A program made the position numbers and the translations under genes. From contig CAZTKG010000004.1 of NCBI GenBank assembly GCA_964613815.1, forward strand, positions 25,892-89,891: a DNA stretch of 64,000 nt, written 5' to 3'. This stretch comes from an uncultured Gammaproteobacteria bacterium. Lineage in GTDB: Bacteria > Patescibacteriota > Patescibacteriia > UBA9934. Below, one piece after another: positions 28,824-38,595 of this stretch; position 1 is the first letter of the stretch; every line of letters starts with the position of its first letter. Under the pieces are notes generated by a model. It made no database searches, was not told the DNA's origin, and worked only from the letters and a program-made list of their open reading frames with translations.

Positions 28824-29936
28824 ATGCTACAAGTCCGCGCCGTCGAAACAAACGGCAACATCACCTGGGAATTCCTCGACGAATCCCAAAGACGCTACTA
28901 CTTCGCCGAACTCGACGAACCATCCCATGACGCAGCCCCCACCCCAGATCACATCCCAAAACAACGATTCAACGACGGCGACATCTGGAACGCCGAGATC
29001 GTCCGCGCTGTAAGAGAAGGTCGCGACCGAGTCGCCTACATCCGACTCATCTCCCAAGTCCGAGACCTCTCACCCTGGGAATCCATCACCGAACTCCCTG
29101 GCTTCTGGACCGACCCAGACATGCTCAAGTCCGTCCTCGCTCTCTTCCATCTCAAAGCCTGCGTCCTCCTCAAAGGCTCAAAGGGAAGAGGAAAAACGAC
29201 CTTCATCTTCATGGTCGCCGAGCAGCTCGGCTGGCAGCACCCGTGCAAAGTCGACATGGCCGCCATCAAACGCGCCACCGACATCGCCGGCCAAAACGCC
29301 GCCAAGAAGGGAAGTACCCTCTTCCAGGGCTCCGAACTGTTCCACTTCCTCAAGCGGGCAGAAGCCGCCCACAAAGCAGGCCTCCTAGACACCTTCCCAG
29401 TCCTCCTCGACGAAATCGGCCGCGTCCACGCCAAAGCAACCGGCGCGCTCCACGGCCTGTTCGACGACACCCGCATGATCACGCTCACGACCGCAGAAGG
29501 CAGCATCACCTTCCGCATCCCCCCAAACGTCGTCATGATCGGCACGGCCAATATGGGATACGCCGGCAACTTCGAAGTCGACGAGGCACTCAAAGATCGC
29601 TTCATCGCGATCAACATGCCTCGCATCCCCACCGAAGAAGTGGCCAAGATCCTTATCGCAGAAGCCGGCATCACGCAACAACAAGCCCTCGACATCGCCC
29701 GCATGGGAGAAATCCTCGAGGACCTCTCTCGTCACGCCATCAGCTTCGCACCAAGTCTACGCGCACTCAAAGTCCTCGCCCAAATGGTCGCTCTCGGCTT
29801 CAACATGAAACAAGCCGCCTTCACCTGCCTCACCGGCTGGCTCGAAGGTGAGATCACCGACCACAGCTCAGAAGCCGGCAAAGCCTGGGTCGCCATCACC
29901 ACAAAGGCATCCGTCGACCCCGACGACGAAGAATAA
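28824..29936 (+). CDS. MoxR-like AAA+ ATPase (AAA_5/CbbQ/NorQ-like)
   Basis: CAGGAGCACCCA-ATG at 28824. Walker A L-L-K-G-S-K-G-R-G-K-T-T, Walker B V-L-L-D-E-I-G, sensor-1 I-G-T-A-N-M, Arg-finger region A-L-K-D-R-F. The upstream part of the 426-aa track ORF lacks an RBS. Confidence 0.75.
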   Translation: MLQVRAVETNGNITWEFLDESQRRYYFAELDEPSHDAAPTPDHIPKQRFNDGDIWNAEIVRAVREGRDRVAYIRLISQVRDLSPWESITELPGFWTDPDMLKSVLALFHLKACVLLKGSKGRGKTTFIFMVAEQLGWQHPCKVDMAAIKRATDIAGQNAAKKGSTLFQGSELFHFLKRAEAAHKAGLLDTFPVLLDEIGRVHAKATGALHGLFDDTRMITLTTAEGSITFRIPPNVVMIGTANMGYAGNFEVDEALKDRFIAINMPRIPTEEVAKILIAEAGITQQQALDIARMGEILEDLSRHAISFAPSLRALKVLAQMVALGFNMKQAAFTCLTGWLEGEITDHSSEAGKAWVAITTKASVDPDDEE

Positions 29937-29984
29937 CCCAACCTCCAGCAGAATCTCTGCTGGCTCATATCCTGAGCTCGATAC

Positions 29985-31440
29985 ACCACATCGAACCCAG
30001 GCCACGAGCAAATTGCTAGAACCTCTTCAAGAGACGGTCGCTAACCTTCTTGCGCCTCGCATCAAGTAGACCATTCACCCAACTCGACCAGCCCGGTCCA
30101 TCACGCCACTCTCAAGCGACGTGATCCCCGGATCGATACCATCCTACGTCAGGTATCGATTTCGACACCTCAGATTTCAATTACACACTTCCGGCTTCCA
30201 GCCTCCGTCGCGAAATCAAAATCAGAGGTGTCAAAACTATCGATCTCATTCGAATTTGCTTTTCACATCTTAACGGTTTGCTAGACTCCCAAAAGGGAAG
30301 GCCCCTCATCCGCACGCGCTTCGCGTCCGGTAGGCCAGTCACCCCTCGTGACCACGCATGACAGAAATCTGTCATGTCCTGTCATGTTGCTACTCACTCA
30401 TCGTTGAATGAGCAACATAATAACTTCCTCGCTCGCCACAACATGACAGAACCGAGCACGACAAGCGAAACCGTCCTAAACCACGCAACCTAAACACCGT
30501 GGTTTACCACGTCGCTCGCGCAGCGACGTGGCTCTTATCCCGCCCCTGAACCTCTCAGAGTCGGGAACCGAGTAAACTGCTAGAACCTCTCATCGGAGAG
30601 TCGGTCATTCATCTTCTTGCACCCAGCATTAAGTAGACCATTCACCCAGCTCGTCAAGCCCGGCCTCATCACGTCGCTCAAGAGCAACGCGACGAGGTCA
30701 TAACGTCACGACGTCACGATACCGTTACGGTAACGTCACGGTAACGTCACGTCATCAGAGGCCGTCGCCGAGTAACATCAACGCGCCGTAACGTCACCGT
30801 GACGTTACCGCAACGGCACTGTCGAGCTCTTACGAGTTTACTTCCTAGCGACTTGCTAGACACCCCGAAAGGGAAGGCCCCCTCATCCGCACGCGCCTCG
30901 CGTCCGGTAGGCCAGTCACCCCCAGAGGCCATGCCAGGGACAAACAAGTATGTCCCTGCTGGTCCCCTATCGCATTCGTCAGATGCATGGCGAACACGCT
31001 ATCACATCATGACTCACCGCGACAGGGACAAGCCAAGGCCATCCAGCGAAGTCGTTCCACCGTCGCCCACGCGACACCCTCCGGAGAATTCTCCGGGCTC
31101 TTATTCCGCCTCTGACCCAATCAGAGACGGAACATGGGCAAACTGCTAGAACCTTCTCGCAAGAGAAACGGCCATCAATCTTTCTGCGCCGTGCACCAAG
31201 TAGGCCATTCACCCGACTCGACCAACCCGGTCCTCCGGAAATGTCGGGAAACCCGATGCATTTTTACACGAGCTCGCGCGATATCGCGCGACCTTCCCTC
31301 CACTCGTTCGCGCGATATCGCGCGATCTAGCGCAAACAACGGGTCCTCACGAGTTTGCCACGCCAGAGGCCAAGCCTCTGGATTCTTCTATCGAGCTCCT
31401 CCCCGAGAAGCCCGACAAAAGAATCCCTAGCCCTTTCAAA
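29985..31440 (+). repeat. structured non-coding spacer: three diverged tandem composite units (modules E-C-var-D-var) plus perfect palindromes
   Basis: C modules 30010-30099, 30574-30665, 31139-31234 begin AAA(T/C)TGCTAGAACC. D modules 30278-30345 and 30852-30922 begin TTGCTAGAC. E modules 30530-30568 and 31095-31133. Palindromes GTAACGTCAC-c-GTGACGTTAC at 30788-30808 and TCGCGCGATATCGCGCGA at 31274-31291 and 31308-31325. Confidence 0.7.
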
Positions 31441-31451
31441 AGGAACCCAAA

Positions 31452-33269
31452 ATGCCCCTCTCTCCAACCGAAATCGCCCGCTCCCGCGCCATCCTCACCG
31501 CCATCTTCCCAGAACTCGTGAGCATCCTCCTCGCCATCACCGGAAGACCCGTCAAACTTGTCTGGGACCCCAACATCAGCACCGCAGCAACAGACTGCAA
31601 AGCAATTGTCTGGGCCAGCCCAAATCCATTCCTAAACGGATTCCCCGACGTTGGCAGAGGATCCACCATTCACGAAGGCGGCCACATCAAATGGTCACGC
31701 TTCGGCTCCCGTCTCATGCGCCAAGCCAAAGAAGAGGGAGGAGAAGGCCTCAGCCACCTCCTCAACCTCATCATGGACCGCCGAGACGACACCCTGAACG
31801 CAGACCATAACCCCGGCATAGCAACCTGCCTCCGCGCCCGCCTCGCCTACCTCTGCACCATGCAACACCGCCTCATGATGAAAGCCGCGGTGGACAGAGT
31901 CATGGCTCGCGAAGAAAAAAAACGATCATCGCCGTCACCACGCGCGATCAGAATCGCCGAACTTCGCAAAAAAAGAGACATGGACCCACGCGAAGTAGAC
32001 ACCCCTCGCCTCGAAGGCCGCGAAGCCGAAGACAAAATCACCAAACTCCTCTCCGGCGTAAAGCCAAAGGACGCTTGGGAAGACTTCTTCTTTGCCTGCA
32101 AGTGGCACAAAGGCGCCAGAACCCGCCGAGGCCGTAAAGCCATCAACATCATCGGCACCCAGCGCCTCCTCAAGGCAACCCCAGGTCAACTCCTCGGCCT
32201 CGCCAAACGCGTCCACACCATCCTCGGTGACCGCCCAAGCGAGCAAAAAACTCCACCACCCAAAGGATTCCAAAACCTCATCACAATCGCTCGCGCGATC
32301 GAACGAGGCGACAAAGAATCCATGGCAGCCCTACGCGCCATCGACCCCGACATGCACGCCGCAGTCATCCTGCTGCACACCATGGACCCAGGCATCGCCA
32401 AACTGCTCGGCAAGATGGCCAAACAGCATACGGCAAAGTCACGCGCAACCGGCATGGAGAAACTCAAAAAAATTCTCCAAACCGGATTCCGCCACCCAGG
32501 CCCAATCTCCATCGGAGACCCCGGAAAGGTCAAGGTCATAGAGCTTCCTCACAACGAAATTCACCGAGCAACGCACCGAGCTGTTCTCGCCGAAGTCGCA
32601 CATCTCAAAGACCAACTCGTCCGCACTCTCAGAAAACTCGACTCTCCAAGTGAATTCACGCTCTACGCCCAAGACGAAGGCGACGAACTCGACTTTGACG
32701 AAGTGGCCTCCATGGCATGCGGACTCGGCGGCAACTGGCAAGAAACCGTCATAGAACGCGACATCGACGCCCTCATCGCCATCGCAGCAGATATCAGCGG
32801 CTCCATGGGAGGAGAAAAACTCAGAGCGCTCCGAAGACTTCACGCCCTCCTCACAGAAGGCATCGAAGTTCTCGGCGACAGCGCAGAAGGCTACGCCTGG
32901 GCGTATCACTCACAGACCATCTTCGACCTCGGTCGCACCGCCCCAACAAGCGCCTTCCACACGCTCAAAGCAGACTACGGCAACTCTGACACCACCATGC
33001 TCACCATCGCCGGCACCCGCATGGCCATGTCCAAACGTCGCCAAAAAATCCTCTTCGTCATCACCGACAACGGCCCAGACAACATCCAGACAGCAGGGGA
33101 GAGAGCAAGACAACTCCTCGCAAGAGGCGTCCTCGTCATCCACATCATGGTAGACGTCCACGGCATCCCCGACATCTACCCAATCGAACTCCCATACGTC
33201 TCCATAGACGACCTCATAAACGGCGAGTTCAACAAACTCCTCACCCTCATCTTCAAACACTTGAAGTAA
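31452..33269 (+). CDS. two-domain protein: N-terminal HExxH (zincin-like) region plus C-terminal von Willebrand factor A domain
   Basis: I-H-E-G-G-H-I-K-W near the N-terminus. vWA MIDAS D-I-S-G-S-M-G-G-E then F-V-I-T-D-N-G. Terminator ATCCACGCACAACGTGGAT+T7 at 33270-33297. Confidence 0.7.
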   Translation: MPLSPTEIARSRAILTAIFPELVSILLAITGRPVKLVWDPNISTAATDCKAIVWASPNPFLNGFPDVGRGSTIHEGGHIKWSRFGSRLMRQAKEEGGEGLSHLLNLIMDRRDDTLNADHNPGIATCLRARLAYLCTMQHRLMMKAAVDRVMAREEKKRSSPSPRAIRIAELRKKRDMDPREVDTPRLEGREAEDKITKLLSGVKPKDAWEDFFFACKWHKGARTRRGRKAINIIGTQRLLKATPGQLLGLAKRVHTILGDRPSEQKTPPPKGFQNLITIARAIERGDKESMAALRAIDPDMHAAVILLHTMDPGIAKLLGKMAKQHTAKSRATGMEKLKKILQTGFRHPGPISIGDPGKVKVIELPHNEIHRATHRAVLAEVAHLKDQLVRTLRKLDSPSEFTLYAQDEGDELDFDEVASMACGLGGNWQETVIERDIDALIAIAADISGSMGGEKLRALRRLHALLTEGIEVLGDSAEGYAWAYHSQTIFDLGRTAPTSAFHTLKADYGNSDTTMLTIAGTRMAMSKRRQKILFVITDNGPDNIQTAGERARQLLARGVLVIHIMVDVHGIPDIYPIELPYVSIDDLINGEFNKLLTLIFKHLK

Positions 33270-33413
33270 TCCACGCACAACGTGGATCTTTTTTTAAACC
33301 AGCGAACAAATATCCATTCCCATTTCGACCAACGCGGAGAAATCTCTCTCAATAACAACATATAAATTAAACCAATCACTTGACAAAACAACCAAACCAT
33401 GCTAAATTCCCTC

Positions 33414-33650
33414 AGTGCTACGTGGCCCGACCACACCTCTTCTCGCGCCTCGCGACAAGTTTACGCACAACCTAAGCGGACCAAGCCTGGCGCTTGCGCG
33501 TCTCATGAGTTTGTCGCACTACGTCGCGACCGCACTTCATGACGCCCTTCGCCCATCATTGCGGACAGCTCTTATCCCTACGGGGACCTGTCCGCAACGT
33601 ACGCTCAATCTCAACGCCCGCCGTGCATGCACGGCGGGCGCCTTTGATTT
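33414..33650 (+). ncRNA. small structured RNA unit F (same family, variant ends)
   Basis: TTGACA 33379-84, 17 nt, TAAATT 33402-07. Internal hairpin cTTCTCGCG-CCTC-GCGAcAAG matching the family motif. Terminator CGCCCGCCGTGCATGCACGGCGGGCG plus T-rich tail. Confidence 0.5.
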
Positions 33651-33773
33651 AACAAACATTTCCACCCTCCCCCATCTCGACCCCGTGGAGAGATCTTGCA
33701 GCCCTGTCACATTCAAATTACGACAAAATTAAAATGGAGACGTCTCATTTTCTAAACAATTTCTCTAACGTTT

Positions 33774-36368
33774 TTACTTATCCCAACTATCTCCAACCAC
33801 TGGCTCTACCACAAGCGGAACCCCTCCCTCCGGCCAAACCCCCTCCATAATCCGCTTAATCTCCCCCATAGCCTCATCAACATCCCCCTCCGCAACCTCA
33901 AACACCAACTCATCATGCACCTGCACAAGCATCCCAACATCCAAATCGCTCTTCCTAGCCCATTCTTCAATCGCAATCATCGCCCGCTTCACCAAATCCG
34001 CCTGCGTCCCCTGAATCGGCATATTCACCGCCATCCGCTCCGCCTGCGCCCGAAGCATCCCCACGCCACTATCAATTCCCGGTAAATACCGTCGTCGCCC
34101 AAACGAAGTCTCAACATATCCATCCTCATGCGCCTTAACCTTCGTCTCATCAATATACCCCTGAATCCCAGGATGCACCCCAAAATATCGCTCAATAAAC
34201 CCCTTCGCCTCCTCCGCCTTCATCCCCGTATTCCGAGCCAAACTCCGCGACCCCATCCCATACAAAATCCCAAAATTAATCCCCTTAGCCGCCCGCCGCT
34301 CATCACTCGTAACAGCGCCCAACTCCTTATCAAGCACCTGCGCCGCCGTCAGCCGATGAATATCCGCCCCCTCCCGAAATGCCTCCAGAAACGCCTTATC
34401 GTCCGCAAGTACCGCAGCAACTCGAAGCTCAAACTGACTATAATCAGCCACAATAAACTTCTTCCCCTCATCAGCGACAAACGCCTTCCGAACCTCCCGC
34501 CCCATCTCCGTCCGAATAGGAATATTCTGCAAATTCGGATCATGACTGCTCAATCGACCAGTTGCCGTCACCGTCTGATCAAACGTCGAATGCACCCGCC
34601 CGTCACCGCCAACCATCGTCGGAAGCGCATCAACATACGTACTCTTCAACTTCGCCAGCTCCCGATACTTCCGCACAAGCCCCACAATCACATGCTGATC
34701 CGCAAGTTTATCAAGCTCACTAGCAGCCGTAGAAAACCCAGTCTTCGTTTTCTTAATTCCCTTCGTCGGAAGCGCCAAATCAACAAACAAAACATCCGCA
34801 AGCTGAGAAGGGGACTTAATATTAAACTCTCGCCCAGCAGCTTCATAAATAGTCTTCGTCAAAACCTCAAGCTCATCTCCAAGCCGCACAGAAAACGCAC
34901 CCAAAAACGCAGAATCAAGCAAAATCCCGCGCCGCTCCATCGCATACAAAACCCCAAGAAGCGGCATCTCAATCTCCTCAGCAAGCCGCAAAACCCCATC
35001 CTCCTCAAGCCGCTTCCGCAAAACATCCGCAAGCCCCTTCACACTCCGAACCGCATCCTCACCTTTCTTCAACTTGCCCCCAGGCAAATAATGATCCAAA
35101 AGCTCCTCCATCCCAAACGACCGATGATGATTCGCAACCAAATACCCCGCAACCTTCACATCAAAAACCTTTCCAAGCTCCCCGTCAAAATCAACCAAAT
35201 GCAAAATCCCTTTCAAATCATGAGCAACAATCACCTCAGCCCCATCAAGAACCTCCCGAAACACTCCCAAGTCAGCATCTTTCGGATCATCAACCACACA
35301 AACATCTCCACCACTCATCAGAGCAATCCTCCCAACCCGCTCTCCAAAAAGCCCAGGCTCCCGCTCCTCAACCCAAACAACAACTTCATCCCGCCCAACT
35401 AAATCACTCATTCCAACAGCCTTCCCACCTACAGGCTCCTCGCGTACATCACTATCACCACCCTCACCATCTTTCACGACAACCTCAACAGAACTCACAT
35501 CACCCTCATACTTCCGCGCAAGCGTCCGAAATCCTAACTCACCAAACATCTTCACAAGCCCCGCCGCATCAACCCCATCACAAACCGCATCTTCCAAATC
35601 AAACCCAGGCAACGCAACATCCCGCACAATCGTCACCAACTTCCGCATCGCCTCACACTCCTCCTGCTTACCCATAAGCTTCTTCTCCCACTTACTAGGC
35701 ATAAGCCCCTCATCAATCGCTCTGTAAACCCCCTCAATATCCTCAAACCGCTGCAACAACTCCATCGCACTCTTCTTCCCAATCCCCGCAATCCCCGGAA
35801 TATTATCACTAGAATCACCCATCAAAGCCTTATAATCAATCATCTGATCCGGCCGAATCCCATACCGCTCAACCACCGCAGCCGCATCATAAATCTTCGT
35901 CTCAGAAACCCCTCGCACAAACGAAACAACGCTCACCTGATCATCAACAAGCTGAAGCGCATCCATATCACCAGTCACAACAAAAACATCAAACCCTTTC
36001 TTCGGCCCATACTCCGCCGCAAGCGTCCCAATCACATCATCAGCCTCAAACCCAGGCGCCGAAAGGGAAGGGATGCCATACAAACTCATCACATCCTGAA
36101 TAATCTCAATCTGCGCATACAACTCATCAGCCTTTTCCTCGCGCCCAGCCTTATAATCCTCATAAAGCTCATCCCGAAACGTCCCCCCAGGCAAATCCCA
36201 AGCAACCACAAAATAATCAGGCGTGAACAGCTTCCGCATTTTCTCCACAATATTCGTAAACCCAAAAACCGCATTCACCACACGTCCATCATCTGTCGTA
36301 AGCGGAGGAACCGCATGCCAAGCCCGATGCAAAAGCGCATTCCCATCCAAAATCAAAACCTTTTTCAT
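33774..36368 (-). CDS. polA: DNA polymerase I (5'-3' exonuclease plus polymerase domains)
   Basis: N-terminal L-I-L-D-G-N-A-L-L-H-R-A-W-H. Pol motifs R-R-A-A-K-G-I-N-F-G-I-L-Y-G and Q-V-H-D-E-L-V-F-E. Confidence 0.9.
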   Translation of the reverse strand: MKKVLILDGNALLHRAWHAVPPLTTDDGRVVNAVFGFTNIVEKMRKLFTPDYFVVAWDLPGGTFRDELYEDYKAGREEKADELYAQIEIIQDVMSLYGIPSLSAPGFEADDVIGTLAAEYGPKKGFDVFVVTGDMDALQLVDDQVSVVSFVRGVSETKIYDAAAVVERYGIRPDQMIDYKALMGDSSDNIPGIAGIGKKSAMELLQRFEDIEGVYRAIDEGLMPSKWEKKLMGKQEECEAMRKLVTIVRDVALPGFDLEDAVCDGVDAAGLVKMFGELGFRTLARKYEGDVSSVEVVVKDGEGGDSDVREEPVGGKAVGMSDLVGRDEVVVWVEEREPGLFGERVGRIALMSGGDVCVVDDPKDADLGVFREVLDGAEVIVAHDLKGILHLVDFDGELGKVFDVKVAGYLVANHHRSFGMEELLDHYLPGGKLKKGEDAVRSVKGLADVLRKRLEEDGVLRLAEEIEMPLLGVLYAMERRGILLDSAFLGAFSVRLGDELEVLTKTIYEAAGREFNIKSPSQLADVLFVDLALPTKGIKKTKTGFSTAASELDKLADQHVIVGLVRKYRELAKLKSTYVDALPTMVGGDGRVHSTFDQTVTATGRLSSHDPNLQNIPIRTEMGREVRKAFVADEGKKFIVADYSQFELRVAAVLADDKAFLEAFREGADIHRLTAAQVLDKELGAVTSDERRAAKGINFGILYGMGSRSLARNTGMKAEEAKGFIERYFGVHPGIQGYIDETKVKAHEDGYVETSFGRRRYLPGIDSGVGMLRAQAERMAVNMPIQGTQADLVKRAMIAIEEWARKSDLDVGMLVQVHDELVFEVAEGDVDEAMGEIKRIMEGVWPEGGVPLVVEPVVGDSWDK

Positions 36369-36435
36369 AAAAAATAATCTAAAATCAAAACAAAACTACC
36401 CACACTTTACCACGAAAAAAGCCGCCATTGGCGAC

Positions 36436-36966
36436 TTATTTCTCAATCTTCTTTCCTTTGATAAGCGCAGTAATCATCCGCCTCGTAATCCGCCGCTTTC
36501 CGCGCTGACTAATCTCATCCGCAATCTTCAACGCATCAACTCCAGTACACCATTGATGATCATCAAACTCCGACTTCTCAATATCAAACTCAGAAGAAGC
36601 GACATCGCACACAACCGCGTAATACCGCTTACCTCGCATCATAACTTCCGACCCATCGTCAAGATTCATTGGTCGTGTTCCTCGTTTTTCAGCAAGAAAC
36701 TCTACCTCATCCTCATGAATCAACGTCCCAAAAGTAATCTGACCACCAAAATCCTCTCCAAGCTCCTCTTTCATCTCTCGACAAAGCGCCGTATTCAAAT
36801 CCTCTCCATTTTCAATCCCACCTTGCGCTAATTGCCAAAGTTTATATTCTTCATGGAAAACCATCAAAAGCTTCCCATCATGAACAACACAACCGACAAC
36901 AACCGGACGAAATCCGCGCTGTCGAACTGAATCAATTTGCTCCAATGTTGGCATTTTCATGCCCAA
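36436..36966 (-). CDS. Nudix hydrolase
   Basis: Nudix box G-G-I-E-N-G-E-D-L-N-T-A-L-C-R-E-M-K-E-E-L-G. Confidence 0.75.
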   Translation of the reverse strand: MGMKMPTLEQIDSVRQRGFRPVVVGCVVHDGKLLMVFHEEYKLWQLAQGGIENGEDLNTALCREMKEELGEDFGGQITFGTLIHEDEVEFLAEKRGTRPMNLDDGSEVMMRGKRYYAVVCDVASSEFDIEKSEFDDHQWCTGVDALKIADEISQRGKRRITRRMITALIKGKKIEK

Positions 36967-37197
36967 ACGCTAGCACAAATAGCCAATCTTGGCAAGAATA
37001 CAACAAAATCGAGTACAATCTACTTGACCACACGCAATTCACCTGCTAATATCCCACAGCTCATTACTCTTTCTGTCCCTCTGGCGTCAGTACCTCTACA
37101 GAGGGACAGGCTCCCACAACCCCCCAAGGCATGACGCTGCCAAAGGGGGTTATTTTTTTCCAAACGAAAAAGACTTCTCTTACAAGAAGTCTTTTTC

Positions 37198-37273
37198 TGG
37201 GGCGACTAGAGGGAATCGAACCCTCACTAGGGGCACCACAAACCCCTGTGCTAACCGTTACACCATAGCCGCC
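37198..37273 (-). tRNA. tRNA-His (anticodon GTG) with encoded G-1 and CCA
   Basis: Manual fold: G-1, acceptor GCGGCTA/TAGTCGC (one G-U), anticodon loop TTGTGGT, T-arm GAGGG-TTCGATT-CCCTC, discriminator C, CCA. Terminator hairpin follows at ~37155-37195. Confidence 0.8.
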
Positions 37274-37340
37274 ATGTTTTTTTCTTACTCTTCGAATGAG
37301 CCGTGCCAACAACCTAACCAAACTCACGCGTGAGAGGCCT

Positions 37341-37462
37341 GCCAGAAGGGGTAAGTTGCTGTGTGGTGGTGATTCTTTTGTACAACCGCAGTAAGACGTA
37401 CACATAGTACGTAGTCGAGGATTGTACAAAAAATCTCCGCCACACAGCAACTTGGCCCCTTC
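37341..37462 (-). ncRNA. 122-nt long hairpin in the tRNA-Arg(TCT) 3' trailer (copy 2 of 2)
   Basis: Collinear with 22771-22892. Arms differ from copy 1 at paired positions. Confidence 0.55.
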
Positions 37463-37539
37463 TGGTGCACCTGGCAGGACTTGAACCTGCAACCTTGAGG
37501 TTAGAACCCTCCTGCTCTATCCAATTGAGCTACAGGTGC
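37463..37539 (-). tRNA. tRNA-Arg (anticodon TCT), CCA encoded
   Basis: Manual fold: acceptor GCACCTG/CAGGTGC, anticodon loop GTTCTAA, T-arm GCAGG-TTCAAGT-CCTGC, discriminator A, CCA. Confidence 0.85.
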
Positions 37540-37662
37540 TCATTGCGTGCAGCAAATATACATGAATTAACCAAATAAATCAACCCTACTCACCCAAAAT
37601 CACCCTCAACTTGAGACTGACAAAAATAAAACGACTTCCATCCATCCAATCACCTGCAACAC

Positions 37663-38595
37663 CTATTCCTCCTTTCCATGATGCTTCTGATGCACCTCTT
37701 TCAAACGCTTATCCGTCACATGCGTGTAAACCTGCGTCGTCGTAATGGACTCATGCCCAAGCATGCTCTGCACACTCCGAATGTCCGCCCCGCTCCGCAA
37801 TAAATCCGTCGCAAATGTGTGCCGAATCGTATGCGGCGTAATCCGTTTCGCAATTCCTGCACTTCTAGCATACTTCTCAATCGTCCGCTGAATCGACCGA
37901 GGAGTAAGCGCTCCAGGTTCCCCGCGCCCAGCCTTAGCCCGATCATGACTCACAAATAAATGAGGCGACAAATCCTGCCGAGCTTCAACATAATCACGCA
38001 CCGCATCCTTAGCAGTTTCGCTCATAAACACCACACGATGCTTACTACCCTTGCCCTTAACCGTAAACTCATCCCTCTTCAAATTTAAATCATCAATCAA
38101 AAGCTTAGAAAGCTCACTAACACGAAGCCCCGTACTAAAAAGCATCTCCAAAATAGCCGAATCCCGAAGCCCAATGATCCCCGGCGTCTTATCAACCGCC
38201 AAAAACATCTCCTTCAAATCCTCTGGCTCCAAAAACTCCACCTTCCGAGTCTCATGTTTCGCAAGTTCGATCTTCTCCGGACTAAGCGTCTTCACATCAA
38301 TCTTGTGCAAATACTTCAAAAAAGACCGTAAAGCAATCAAATGATAATTCTGCGTCGTCTTTTTCAAATTCACATCATCCCGCCCCTCAACCTCACGATT
38401 CAAAAACAACCGATATTGCCGAACCATCTCCAAATCAATCTTATCCGGGGCAGGATACTTCGCCCATTTCCCAAACCGACTCAAATAAAAGTCATAATTC
38501 TGAATAGTATTCGCACTTCGACCACGCTCAACCTCCAAATACTCCAAAAATTGCGTAATAAGCTCCTGCAAACGACTCTTTTTTCCCATAAACAA
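37663..38595 (-). CDS. xerC: tyrosine site-specific recombinase XerC/XerD family
   Basis: R...H-T-I-R-H-T-F-A-T, L-G-H-E-S-I-T-T-T-Q-V-Y-T-H-V catalytic tyrosine region, N-terminal SAM-like domain. Confidence 0.8.
   Translation of the reverse strand: MFMGKKSRLQELITQFLEYLEVERGRSANTIQNYDFYLSRFGKWAKYPAPDKIDLEMVRQYRLFLNREVEGRDDVNLKKTTQNYHLIALRSFLKYLHKIDVKTLSPEKIELAKHETRKVEFLEPEDLKEMFLAVDKTPGIIGLRDSAILEMLFSTGLRVSELSKLLIDDLNLKRDEFTVKGKGSKHRVVFMSETAKDAVRDYVEARQDLSPHLFVSHDRAKAGRGEPGALTPRSIQRTIEKYARSAGIAKRITPHTIRHTFATDLLRSGADIRSVQSMLGHESITTTQVYTHVTDKRLKEVHQKHHGKEE

Noticed and set aside
37064-37492. 142-aa minus-strand ORF
   Set aside because: It overlaps two tRNA genes and the conserved trailer hairpin, so it is not coding.
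22771-37539. ~200-bp direct repeats (tRNA-Arg plus trailer hairpin) flanking a 14.5-kb segment with a XerC-type recombinase just outside, considered as an integrated mobile island
   Set aside because: The enclosed segment carries essential housekeeping genes (rpsT, holA, polA) and the two tRNAs have different anticodons. It is more likely an old tRNA-Arg duplication that retained a functional trailer structure.
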